In this document: piece by piece, positions 54,437 to 64,000 of the stretch
Layout of the letters: each line of letters opens with the position of its first letter
Position numbering within the stretch: position 1 is the first letter of the stretch
NCBI GenBank assembly: GCA_020184695.1
Contig: JAANOX010000188.1
Location: forward strand, 1-64,000
Source: Histomonas meleagridis 2922-C6/04-290x
Lineage: Eukaryota; Protista; Parabasalia
Direction: 5' to 3'
Length of the DNA: 64,000 nt
Made by a program: the position numbers and the translations under genes
Notes under the pieces: generated by a model
What the model was told of the DNA's origin: nothing
The model's database searches: none
What the model saw: the letters and a program-made list of their open reading frames with translations, nothing else

Positions 54437-54916
54437 ATGTCCCAAGAGGTTGTCATTCGCGTTCGTGTTTGGGGTGGTGAATCAGGTGTTACAGCAAAGC
54501 TCGCCCCACGTTTGGGTCCACTCGGTGTTAACTCTGGTCAAGTTGGTCAACAAGTTGCAAAAGCCACAGAAGAATATAAAGGATATCGTTGCACAGTCCA
54601 AATCACAATTGTTGATCGTCAAGCAACAATTTCAGTTGTTCCTTCTACCTCTACCCTTATCATTCATGCACTTCAAGAACCACATCGTGATCGTAAGAAG
54701 ACAAAGAATGTTAAGCACACAGGAAGCCTTACACTTGACAATGTCATTGATATTGCTCGTCAAATGAGACACAAATCAATGTCAAAGACACTTGCCGGAA
54801 CAGTTAAAGAAGTTCTTGGAACATGCCAAGCTATGGGTGCACAATGTGAAGGTCAGAACGCCAAAGCCATTCAAAAGAAGATCTCTTCTGGCGAAATTTC
54901 AATTCCAAATGAGTAA
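54437..54916 (+). CDS. RPL12: 60S ribosomal protein L12 (uL11)
   Basis: GGE..AKLAPRLGPLG, HRDRKKTKNVKHTG, ARQMRHKSMSKTLAGTVKEVLGTC. Confidence 0.97.
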   Translation: MSQEVVIRVRVWGGESGVTAKLAPRLGPLGVNSGQVGQQVAKATEEYKGYRCTVQITIVDRQATISVVPSTSTLIIHALQEPHRDRKKTKNVKHTGSLTLDNVIDIARQMRHKSMSKTLAGTVKEVLGTCQAMGAQCEGQNAKAIQKKISSGEISIPNE

Positions 54917-55074
54917 ATCAACAAATAATTTTTAATACTCATTTTTTTGGGATTACCTTAAGCATATGAATATCTGTTTTAAGTGGAGAAATACTTTAAA
55001 TTAGTTCCTTTCATTTCTTTTTATAGAAAAATTTCTTTGGTTGAAATTGACAAGGTTTGTCCGACTATAGGTTA

Positions 55075-55539
55075 ATGAAGTTTATTCTTCAGTGCGTTGA
55101 GAAAGCAACAGCAACAAAAAGTGATGGAAGCGTAATTGAAATTGGAAATGGAATTCTTGTATACGTGTGCTTTAATAAGAAAGACAAAGAAGATGATTTG
55201 AATTGGGCAATCAGAAAAACATTTAGTATTTGCTTATGGGAAGACGAAAAGGATGGAAGGCCATGGAGGAAGGGAATCACCGATATTTCAGGTCAAATAA
55301 TCTTTATTTATGAACCAAGACTTTACGCTTCTGTTGATAATTCTTCAGAACCTTCTTACGAAGAATTAATGCCAGAAGGTGATGCGATAAAAATGTACTC
55401 AAAACTTATCGAAAAAGCAAATGCTTCACATAAGCAAGATCACGTCATTACAATTCCTTTTGGTGAGAAAGCAAAGCTTGATTTTGTGAATGACGGACCT
55501 ATAACAATAACAGTTGATTCTTTCCACAGACGTAATTAA
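55075..55539 (+). CDS. D-aminoacyl-tRNA deacylase (DTD-fold), divergent
   Basis: MKFILQCVEKA, IGNGILVYV, DGRPWRK, PFG and VNDGPIT; the canonical SQFTL is replaced by YEPRL. Confidence 0.8.
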   Translation: MKFILQCVEKATATKSDGSVIEIGNGILVYVCFNKKDKEDDLNWAIRKTFSICLWEDEKDGRPWRKGITDISGQIIFIYEPRLYASVDNSSEPSYEELMPEGDAIKMYSKLIEKANASHKQDHVITIPFGEKAKLDFVNDGPITITVDSFHRRN

Positions 55540-55745
55540 ACTTATTTTTTGATTTTTTCTCATCTGTCCCCAAAAAATTTAGCCACCCGAAAACGCTCAG
55601 AAAATTTGCCGATCGTCATTCATTTTTCCAGCTTTTTGATTTCGTGGCAAGATTTTTCAATGTTTTATGGGAAACGATTATTTAATTTGTTGAATGGTCT
55701 TTTTGCGGAGTTTTTCAGTTACTTTTGGTCGTTAAGACCAACCAA

Positions 55746-56819
55746 ATGAAAAGCAACGCAACTCGAGTTGCAGTCCTATCAGTATCTTATGCACTATTTT
55801 CGATGATGATGGTTTTTACAAATAAGCTCATCCTTCGCGCTGGTAAATCCAATCCAGATATCGTATCTCCAGATAATCTCCTGATAGTTCAATGCTCGAT
55901 TGCAGCAGTGCTTTTCCTAGTCCTGGGTTTATTTGGTTGCTTCCCACTCAGAATAGGATTTATGGATTTATTAGTTTGCTGCATTGTTAATTTTGCTTTT
56001 ATTGGTACTATGCTAGCAAACTCTTATTCACTTAAATATCTTTCCATACACATGGTAACCCTTCTCAAATGCTTGTCTGTTGCCTTTACAGCTATCGGAG
56101 ATCATATTTTTTATAAGCAAGAGATGCCACCATCCATTCGCTTTTCGCTGTTTCTTATTGTTGCTGGTTCAGCTGTTGGTGCAATAACAGACATAGACTT
56201 TTCACCTATCGGATATTTCTGGATGTTATTATCAATTCTATTTTCTACAGCCTATGTACTTCTCACCAAACTTCTTGTTTCCAGTCGTAATCTTCATTTC
56301 TTCACCCTTATTTTCTGGAACAACTTCTTATCAACAATTTCGTTATTAATATATACCAATACCCGCAGTTATATTAAGTATCAAACATTTTCTAATCCAT
56401 TTTCTGTCTTATTCCTTGACTCTGAATCCATATATTTAAAGCCATGGTTTATTATATTTTCCGGCATATTAGGAATTTTAGTAAACTTTGCAACATTTAT
56501 GCTCTTAGGACATGCATCAGCGACTTCGTATGTAGTTGTTGGTGCTGGAAAGAAAGTATTTCAAGCAATTCTTTCTTTCATCATATTTCCAGATTCAACA
56601 AACTTTGCGAATATTTGCTCAGTTGTAATTGGCTTAACAGGTTCTACAATGTACGGATATGTTAATTGGAAGAAATCAATTAAGAATTTGGAAGAAGAAA
56701 ATGATGAAAACGAAATTCCTTTCTTAGCAGATGAAGAAAACGACTGTCTCGAAAATGTACATTTCCCTAAGGTGGAAGAAAAATCGGAAAAGATAAATGA
56801 CAATGAAAATATAGTGTAA
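55746..56819 (+). CDS. Golgi nucleotide-sugar transporter (GDP-mannose/SLC35D-like, TPT family)
   Basis: SMMMVFTNK, SLKYLSIHMVTLLK, GYFWM, SATSYVVVGAGKK; ~10 TMs. Confidence 0.85.
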   Translation: MKSNATRVAVLSVSYALFSMMMVFTNKLILRAGKSNPDIVSPDNLLIVQCSIAAVLFLVLGLFGCFPLRIGFMDLLVCCIVNFAFIGTMLANSYSLKYLSIHMVTLLKCLSVAFTAIGDHIFYKQEMPPSIRFSLFLIVAGSAVGAITDIDFSPIGYFWMLLSILFSTAYVLLTKLLVSSRNLHFFTLIFWNNFLSTISLLIYTNTRSYIKYQTFSNPFSVLFLDSESIYLKPWFIIFSGILGILVNFATFMLLGHASATSYVVVGAGKKVFQAILSFIIFPDSTNFANICSVVIGLTGSTMYGYVNWKKSIKNLEEENDENEIPFLADEENDCLENVHFPKVEEKSEKINDNENIV

Positions 56820-57077
56820 TTTTTTGATCGTTATAATATATTATAAATACTTCTATTCTGTATTTGATTTTTTTTTAAATTTAATTTGTTAAATGAATTT
56901 TGCAAATGTAAATAATTTTAAATTCGTAACAGAGTTAATCTCAAAAAGTGTCCATTTGATTGATAGTTTGGACAGATGAGAAACGAAATTCTGTATCAGA
57001 CTATATCAGTATGATTAGGATCAAGAAACAAGAAGGCAGAAACACTTTGGTCTTCCCATTGACGACCGTTACCCGAG

Positions 57078-57872
57078 ATGGAGGCAGAAAACCCAAAGTT
57101 TTCGTGCCCTTATTGTGTATTGACGTTTAAGAGGGAAGGAAGCCTTCACGCACACATAGACTGCATTCATGGTGATATGTTCCAAAAGACTAAATCATAT
57201 CATTGCCCTTTATGTGATTATACAGGAACAAAAAGCCATTTACAGCAACATATTAAGGCTTATCACAAAAACTCAGAGGATATTATTGAAGAAGCAATTC
57301 AAAGAAAGTACTTTGTTTGCCCTTTTTGTTCACAAACATTTAAAAAAATTCATACATTCCGCCAACACACTGCTATTATTCATGAACACAAGAAGCCTTA
57401 CTCTTGCGACATTTGTGGTCAAGAATTTTTGTCCCTTCTTAATTATAAAAGACATCCATGCTTGAAAAAATCAAAAGATATCAAATGTAGCTATTGCGAT
57501 GCAAAATTGTCATCTCGAAAAGAGCTTACTAGACACTTAAAGGAAGAGCATAAAAAGCCACATGTTTGTCCTGAATGCGGTGCAACATTTTCAATCAGTG
57601 CAAACCTGAAGCAGCACATGCAAAAGCATTCTGGAAGTCCAACAAGTCGGAGAAAGTTTGCATGCCCAGTTGATGGGTGTAATTCAGCATTTACACGACA
57701 GACAAATCTGAATACACACATAAAAACTATACATGGAGGAGTGCTTCCTTACACATGCGATGTTTGCGGTGCAGCATTTTTGTATCCATCTCTCCTTGCA
57801 AAGCATGCGGAATCTCATATCAAGCAGCCAGAGCCAGAAATAATCGAATTCGATGATGTGTTTTTATTATAA
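57078..57872 (+). CDS. Eight-finger C2H2 zinc finger protein, TFIIIA-like
   Basis: 8 CxxC..H..H/C units. The last three (CPECGATF..LKQHMQKH, CPVDGCNSAFTRQTNLNTHIKTIH, CDVCGAAF..LLAKH) resemble TFIIIA fingers 7-9. Confidence 0.75.
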   Translation: MEAENPKFSCPYCVLTFKREGSLHAHIDCIHGDMFQKTKSYHCPLCDYTGTKSHLQQHIKAYHKNSEDIIEEAIQRKYFVCPFCSQTFKKIHTFRQHTAIIHEHKKPYSCDICGQEFLSLLNYKRHPCLKKSKDIKCSYCDAKLSSRKELTRHLKEEHKKPHVCPECGATFSISANLKQHMQKHSGSPTSRRKFACPVDGCNSAFTRQTNLNTHIKTIHGGVLPYTCDVCGAAFLYPSLLAKHAESHIKQPEPEIIEFDDVFLL

Positions 57873-58527
57873 ATATAGAATATATATCAATTGATGCTTT
57901 TTCCTTATGTTTATAGAATATATGGAAATTCTATCAAGTGAGTTTCTTCGAATTTAAGATTGACTCTTAATTACAGTCATATTTTGATTCTACATGTTAC
58001 ATAATATTAAGTTTTTGGTTCGTCGCTAGATTGTGAGCTTTACTCATACGATATGCTTCTGTGTAATTTGATCGGCATGTGAATTGAATATGTTTGTTTG
58101 GGTAATCAGCGGTTTTTGATCAAAGAGCTAAACATTTATATGTGATTAATAATTTTTTATATTCTAAAGAATCATTGAATATATTTTTATATAAAAATAT
58201 AATAATATTATGATTATAGAATTATACAAATTTATTAAAAAAAAAATATCTTTCATATAAAATTTAATTAAAAAAATTATCATTGTCTTCATTTTATTTC
58301 ATCTTTAAATTCTTAAAAATAGCTTTGATTTCTTTTGTACTTCGGGGATACTTGTTATTAATGAAAATTGTATAACATAAAACACTTTGGAAGAAGGGGA
58401 AAAAATTTTTTTCTCCTATCGTTGAAAATTAAATTAAAAATGATCGAACTCAGCAGGTGAACCGGCTACTTATAGAACGATTATTTTATACACAATTTCA
58501 TTTTAAACGGTTTGTCAATCTTACAAA

Positions 58528-58971
58528 ATGAACAGGCGTCTGATGAAAGAACTCAATGATATCAAGGCTGCTCCACCAACAGGTATATCAGCAGGCCCAG
58601 TCAATGAATCTGATATTTACCATTGGGAAGCTCTTATCCAAGGACCTCCTGGCACAGTATATGAAGGCGGAATTTTCAAAGTAGATATCGCCATCCCTAA
58701 TGAATTCCCACACAAGGCACCAACCTTTAAGTTTATCACAAAAATTTACCATCCAAATGTTGATCAAGAAAAAGGACTTATTTGCTTAAAAGTTTTACAA
58801 GAATGGGCACCATCTGTTAAAATTGCTAAGGTATTAACTGATATATACAACCTTATGATAACCCCTGAACCTGAACATGCTGTTGATGCTGCTATTGGGC
58901 AAGAATTTATGGAAAATCGCGCTGCTTTCGATAGAAAGGCCAGAGAAATGGTTAGTCAATACGCACATTAA
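58528..58971 (+). CDS. Ubiquitin-conjugating enzyme E2 (Ubc4/5-like)
   Basis: RRLMKEL, WEALIQGPPGTVYEGG, KIYHPNV, active-site ICLKVL. Confidence 0.95.
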   Translation: MNRRLMKELNDIKAAPPTGISAGPVNESDIYHWEALIQGPPGTVYEGGIFKVDIAIPNEFPHKAPTFKFITKIYHPNVDQEKGLICLKVLQEWAPSVKIAKVLTDIYNLMITPEPEHAVDAAIGQEFMENRAAFDRKAREMVSQYAH

Positions 58972-59395
58972 ACCCTTCGTATTGATTTTTTTTTAACAAA
59001 TTTTTTAATTTTTGTGGATCAATGCAAAACCATATATTTTGAAGTTAGCTTGAGAAAATGACAAAAGTAAAAAGCTTTCTATTTCTACGTTTTGGAAAGA
59101 CTCTTTCCTTTCATCCTTTCCAAATAAATATTGTATAATATTTTTTATAGCAAATAATTAACAGCTAATTCAAACTTGCCTGGGTTTTATCCGGCTTGAA
59201 GGATCAGAGTGATTTTTTTTTAGGATTAATGAATGATCATCTGATCAAATTTTCTTTTGACTTCCCAAAGTTAATGGAAACTTCAGCACCATATGAAGCA
59301 TAAAATATTGTCCAAAATTTGGAGCATTTTATATCAATAATAAAAACACATTAAATCATAAAAATAAAATTAGCACTTTTGATAAAATTATCAAT

Positions 59396-60274
59396 TTACT
59401 GAATTAGTTCTGGATGTTTGAAACCTTCAGCTTTCTTATTCTTAACGATGATAGCAACAATTATTGCTATCGATACAGCCAAAAGAACTGCTAGAACAAC
59501 AACAGCTATTATTAATCCAGTATTGGATGATTGAACTGGCTCGTCATCTCCTAATTCGAAGACAATACCATAGTAAAGAATGTTAAAGTTTCGGTTCAAA
59601 GTTCCGTTAATTGAGTCAGCAACTTTGATATAGTTTAATCCTTCAGCTCCAATTGATTCACCCCAGCTATTAAGAACCTCGAGGTAAATACCATCATGGC
59701 CTTCTATTGTACCTATTCCTGTGACAGTTACTGCATGGTCAATTGACGACATTGTTTCATTATCCATATAATATTTATCAATAATGCTTAAATCACTTAA
59801 TTTTTGAAGAGTAGCAGAGCGCATAACTGAAACTATTGGTCTTCCAGTTTTAAGTAATTCTACAATTGTATCAATGTTAGCATTTGCTCCTGAAAATACA
59901 TTATAACTTTTGACATAAATAGAAGATGGCTTTTTGTTGTACTCCATAATCATATGTCTTTTATCATTGACGAGATATTCAAAAGCGCAATAATGACTAT
60001 AAAAATAATTGGTTGAAAATTGTTGGCATGATGGATATTGGGATTTTCCATCGAAATAATCAATAATGGTATTCACTATTGTATCCCATGGAGAGAATTT
60101 CATTCTATTTCCACTAATTGATGCATATTGCATTTCAACTGATGAAACTGTTGAATATGCCCAACAAGTTCCATACTCTCCCTGGTCTTTAATGATTGAT
60201 AGGTAATCTTTGTTGACGCCTGCAATGGCTGAAAACAAAGCAAGTCTTGAGAGGATGCTTCTTTCTAGGATCAT
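59396..60274 (-). CDS. Papain-family (C1A) cysteine protease, no prodomain, C-terminal TM
   Basis: IKDQGEYGTCWAYS (Gln/Cys), IDHAV (His), LNSWG (Asn), TM GLIIAVVVLAVLLAVSIAIIVAIIV. TCACT Inr lies one base before the ATG. Confidence 0.88.
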   Translation of the reverse strand: MILERSILSRLALFSAIAGVNKDYLSIIKDQGEYGTCWAYSTVSSVEMQYASISGNRMKFSPWDTIVNTIIDYFDGKSQYPSCQQFSTNYFYSHYCAFEYLVNDKRHMIMEYNKKPSSIYVKSYNVFSGANANIDTIVELLKTGRPIVSVMRSATLQKLSDLSIIDKYYMDNETMSSIDHAVTVTGIGTIEGHDGIYLEVLNSWGESIGAEGLNYIKVADSINGTLNRNFNILYYGIVFELGDDEPVQSSNTGLIIAVVVLAVLLAVSIAIIVAIIVKNKKAEGFKHPELIQ

Positions 60275-60858
60275 TAGTGAGCTGATATTTGAACCAAATT
60301 TTCGGTTTGCCAGACATTGAATTTTTGTTAGTTCGGTTCAAACATCATGTTGTTTGTTGACTTATTTTGCACTTTTAGTAAAACAATCAAAAATCCAATA
60401 TCATCCCACAAAAAATGAGAGGGAATAAAAAAACCGCTATGATGTGTGCTAATTAGATGATCATTCTCCGATTTAATCATTGCAAGAGGAGCCACCTTCA
60501 TGTGCCAAAACAATAAAGGCCTTCAGCCTCTGAATTGCACATAAGGTACTCACCATCCTGGAATAAATTCCGAGGATTTCGTCCCGCCCAAAAAAATTTA
60601 ATGAACTTTCTATTTTTTCATTAAAAAAAAGAAACCTATTTTCGCAAAATTGAATCTTCAAGAAATGAAAAAAATTATATTTAGATTAAATCATTTTTTG
60701 TACCTAAAGACCGCTATAGTGTAAATAAGGAACAACTGAATAGGCTTATTTAATGTTACAAAAGTAATATCTAATTAACAAAATTTACAGTCAAATAATG
60801 AAATTTTATTAGCTTCAGTATGCAACCTTGTAACTCAATGCTGAGGTTGTAGTTATGT

Positions 60859-61340
60859 CTAATTTTCTTCGGTTTTAATTTTGAAATGATCAGGATAACG
60901 AGCAAGTTTAGATTCTTCAATTCGTACTTTTGTTGATGATCCACTGAATTGGATTAAGACCTGTTCGTTTGAAGTTGTTTCAGAACTGTTGTAACAACAG
61001 CAGGGTAAAACATTGTGGACCATATTTTTAGTTCTTCATCATACCAAAGCGCTAAAACTTTTTCTCCTGGTTTATATTTACCCGACGTTGATGGGAATTG
61101 AGTAACATGATCTCTAGATAGTGTATATTTATTATTTTCTTGTGATTCATCGTATTCATCACAAACGACAAATTCTCCACTTGGAAGAATTGATTCAATG
61201 CGTGTTAGTATCCAAGCATTTAAATCTTGAAAATATGCAGCACAGAGTTTTCCTGGTTCAAGATTCATCTCAAACAAGAGAATATTCCCCTTTAACCTTC
61301 GGTTTACCCTTCCCGAAGAAATCCCAAAACAAATTTTTTC
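60859..61340 (-). CDS. Sgf29-like tandem Tudor protein, frameshifted (possible assembly error)
   Basis: GKLCAA...WIL...VVCDEYDE..YTLSRDHV..P...KVLALW...TMFYPAVV. The C-terminus continues in another frame (QVLIQFSG...YPDHFKIKTEEN*). Confidence 0.6.
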
Positions 61341-62104
61341 TAATTATTCCTTGACGATTGAGATTGAGCTGCTTGATAATGGTTTTAGAGATGGCTTTTT
61401 TTTCTTGAAAAAATATGTAAAATACATTTTAATGAGTTTTGGAGAGTGATTTTCTGATAAATAAAAAAACAGAATTTTATCTTCTAGAGAATCAAAAACA
61501 CATATGTGTTCCAAGTAGGCATGGAAATGTAGTCCACCTTTATTAACAACAATTGCTGTACCCAAGCTCTGTTACCACTTGAGCGTTATCTGTTGTATCC
61601 TCTATATGAACCATCATCAAATTTATCTTGATTTCATTTTTCAAATGTTTTTCGAGAGTAGATTGCATGAATTTTATCAGTGAATGAAAAACACAAATTT
61701 TGCTGTTGAAATTCCTAATGTAATATTTTCCATAGGAAACTTTCGAAGTCATTTTTATGTGTAATTGCTTTATTTCACTTTTGACTCAAAAAAGCATTTT
61801 CGGATTTTTCTTGAAAAAATATCAAAATATAGTTCAATGAGATTTGATGATTTTGTCAAGTATGCCTTTTTCACAAATATTATTTTTAATCATATGAAAG
61901 ACATAAACTAATAACCACAGTGCTTTGGGGCTTGATCAAGCCCTTAATTTACGAAGACGTTTAGGATTACACTTTTGTTAGAATAATCATCACAACGTTC
62001 ATTCAATTCCAACAGAAGTGACATGTTCAATTCAAAACCAAAAATGGTTATTTGAAAACAACCGAAATATAACTTTTTGAACTCTCAATATTATTTCACG
62101 TCAC

Positions 62105-63739
62105 ATGTTCAGGATTTATGTAATCAGTGGAAAGAATCTTCCAGCAGCAGATCGAAATGGAAAATCTGACCCCTATGCTGTAGTATATGCAAAGGCATTT
62201 GGAAGTAAAATTAAAATCGGAAAAACAAAAATAATCAAAAAAACATTAGATCCTGTTTGGGACGAACATCTCGAAAAACCATTTGCCTTTTACTTCCCAT
62301 TTCTTAAAATAATCACGATTAAAGTATATGATTATGATTATGTTGGAAAAGATGATTATCTCGGAAAAGTTAAGATAAATTTCTTGACAAATCCTTTTGA
62401 GTGCGATCGCATATCAAGCATTCCATTAAAAACAAGTCTAAAAACCAAAGGACCTCCAACTATTGAAATTATGGTATCACCTAATGCTTTTTCAGCATTT
62501 AAAACAGATGAAAAAAGCAAGAAAGATGTTGAGCGCATTGTTTCATTCCTTGAGTTCAATCCACCTTTGAAACCAGGGCACATAATTAGCACACTTTCAT
62601 ATTATGTTTTTGACAGAGCTGATGGTGGCTGTGCACGTCGTGTGCCAAGAGAGAGTAATCATGATGACTATGGAATTAAAGTAAAATTCCCTCAAACGCA
62701 AGTATCTTCGACAGGAATCACTCCATATTTAACATTCAATGCCACATCTCTTCAAACGCATCCATTTAGTAGCATTCAGCTATATTATGTTCCTATTGTT
62801 GAAATTCTTGATGGTTATACTGGTACAGTTACATTGAAATGCCTTTCTTTTGACCCAAGAGAAAACAAAATACCAACTCTTCTTTTCCAGGAGCATTTTC
62901 AATTCCAAGGGAAAGATGTTAAAAGCAGCCAATACTATCTTCACATTTCAGATGGCTGTAAGAACCCTTCTAACGTTCAACTTCCTGGCGGCCTTAACGT
63001 TCTCACTCATGGCGGTTGTCTATCGTTATCCAGCTTTAACGGAAACTTGACTGAATTTGTCGAAAGTCTCAAAGCTCAAGTATTATTTAAAATCCGTGAT
63101 GGTTTGACTCTTTTCCATCGCCTTGAAGTTGATCTTAACAAATGTTTAACACTTAACTATGTCGCGAATTATTTCAAACATCCGATTCCAAAGACCATTA
63201 TATTTTATGGCGATTATCAATCACCTCCAGGATTTCCTCTTGATGAAGGAATCGAAGCTTATGACATCGATTTCAATCCTTTGGGTAACGTTTGTTTTAG
63301 CCACAGAAAAGATCTCCAAGATTGCATGGAACTTGTCGTGGACCGAAGTAAGAAGTTTGACAAGTTCAAGAACGAGACGTTATATTTGAAGGTTAAGTTA
63401 TTTGACCTTCCGCCAGAAGTTCGCTATTTGTTGGTCGGCATATCGCAATACCAGAACAAGCCGTTCCCATTGAACAAAGGCGGATACTTTAGGCTGTACG
63501 ACGAAAGCGACATGTTCGAGTTTATGAATCTGACCGTCCGTGAAAAAGGCGAAGGATCAGCAGTGCTCATCTGCCTCCTGTGGAAAATGGACGACGGAGA
63601 CTGGGCGTTCATGCCAATGCACAAGTCGTTCGAGATAAATGGTTCTCACGGAGGTCTGCCGCCACTTTTCGCACTCGGAAAGAAGTTCTTGACGGAATCA
63701 AATTACTTGGATAGAATGAAAGCAACAATGAGCAAATAA
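62105..63739 (+). CDS. C2 domain protein with C-terminal TerD-like domain
   Basis: C2: GKNLPAADRNGKSDPY, KTLDPVW, VYDYDYVGKDDYLG. TerD-like: ETLYLKVKLFDLPPEVRYLLVGISQY..GGYFRLYDE..SAVLICLLWKMDDGDWAF. Confidence 0.72.
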   Translation: MFRIYVISGKNLPAADRNGKSDPYAVVYAKAFGSKIKIGKTKIIKKTLDPVWDEHLEKPFAFYFPFLKIITIKVYDYDYVGKDDYLGKVKINFLTNPFECDRISSIPLKTSLKTKGPPTIEIMVSPNAFSAFKTDEKSKKDVERIVSFLEFNPPLKPGHIISTLSYYVFDRADGGCARRVPRESNHDDYGIKVKFPQTQVSSTGITPYLTFNATSLQTHPFSSIQLYYVPIVEILDGYTGTVTLKCLSFDPRENKIPTLLFQEHFQFQGKDVKSSQYYLHISDGCKNPSNVQLPGGLNVLTHGGCLSLSSFNGNLTEFVESLKAQVLFKIRDGLTLFHRLEVDLNKCLTLNYVANYFKHPIPKTIIFYGDYQSPPGFPLDEGIEAYDIDFNPLGNVCFSHRKDLQDCMELVVDRSKKFDKFKNETLYLKVKLFDLPPEVRYLLVGISQYQNKPFPLNKGGYFRLYDESDMFEFMNLTVREKGEGSAVLICLLWKMDDGDWAFMPMHKSFEINGSHGGLPPLFALGKKFLTESNYLDRMKATMSK

Positions 63740-64000
63740 CAAAATTTACTAAACTGTCTTTTTGATGACCGTTTTGCATAAATGTCATGTGAAAATTCAA
63801 ACAAAATAGTTGTTCACTTTTGATCGCTTTAGCATTATATGATATCATTTGGATATGAATATGAGACAAAGAGGAAAAAAATATTGAGAAGAAACTGTGA
63901 ATTTAAATATTGAAAAAATGTTTCATTCCAAGAAGGAAAAATATTTTCACTATTATAAAAGGTTTGTTGTACAAGATCAGCTCAATAAATATGGTTGATA

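Noticed and set aside
1558-57872. Functional cluster of tRNA/translation genes (tRNA, MAF1, Pelota-like, CTU1, RPL12, DTD, TFIIIA-like)
   Set aside because: They are spread over 56 kb among unrelated genes, consistent with chance in a gene-dense genome.
61928-61943. Perfect 16-bp palindrome gggcttgatcaagccc
   Set aside because: It occurs once, and about one palindrome of this length is expected by chance in 64 kb.

Overview
AT-rich eukaryotic genomic DNA, most likely from a parabasalid (trichomonad-type) protist. This is inferred from BspA-like LRR surface proteins, DUF3447-type ankyrin genes, compact intron-poor genes and Inr/M3/M5-like core promoter motifs. The window mixes intact housekeeping genes (MAF1, ER Hsp70, ALG2, ARL8-like, EXO70, CTU1, RPL12, UBC, DTD-like, nucleotide-sugar transporter, SMS-family synthase) with expanded, partly decayed families (3 BspA, 3-4 ankyrin loci). 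It also holds an intron-containing tRNA-Tyr, a complete but inactivated Merlin transposon with an 8-bp TSD, a TA-flanked MITE and a 50-bp satellite. The most striking signal is in two separate ankyrin genes: every C-terminal ankyrin repeat is a 93-nt coding block followed by an AT-rich spacer at the same beta-hairpin position (after KD, before xTAL). Eight of nine spacers are exactly 77 nt despite strong sequence divergence. The 77-nt spacers break the frame, most spacers carry stops, and they share no GT-AG ends, which suggests a possible non-canonical intron or RNA-processing system. Other notable items are a Pelota/Dom34 homolog lacking its middle domain, a prodomain-less membrane-anchored papain, a Cache plus pseudo-PDE receptor, a DTD with altered signature motifs, and GC-rich patches at gene 3' ends. 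All family calls come from motif recognition by eye; no searches were run. Some 1-2 nt frameshifts may be assembly errors.
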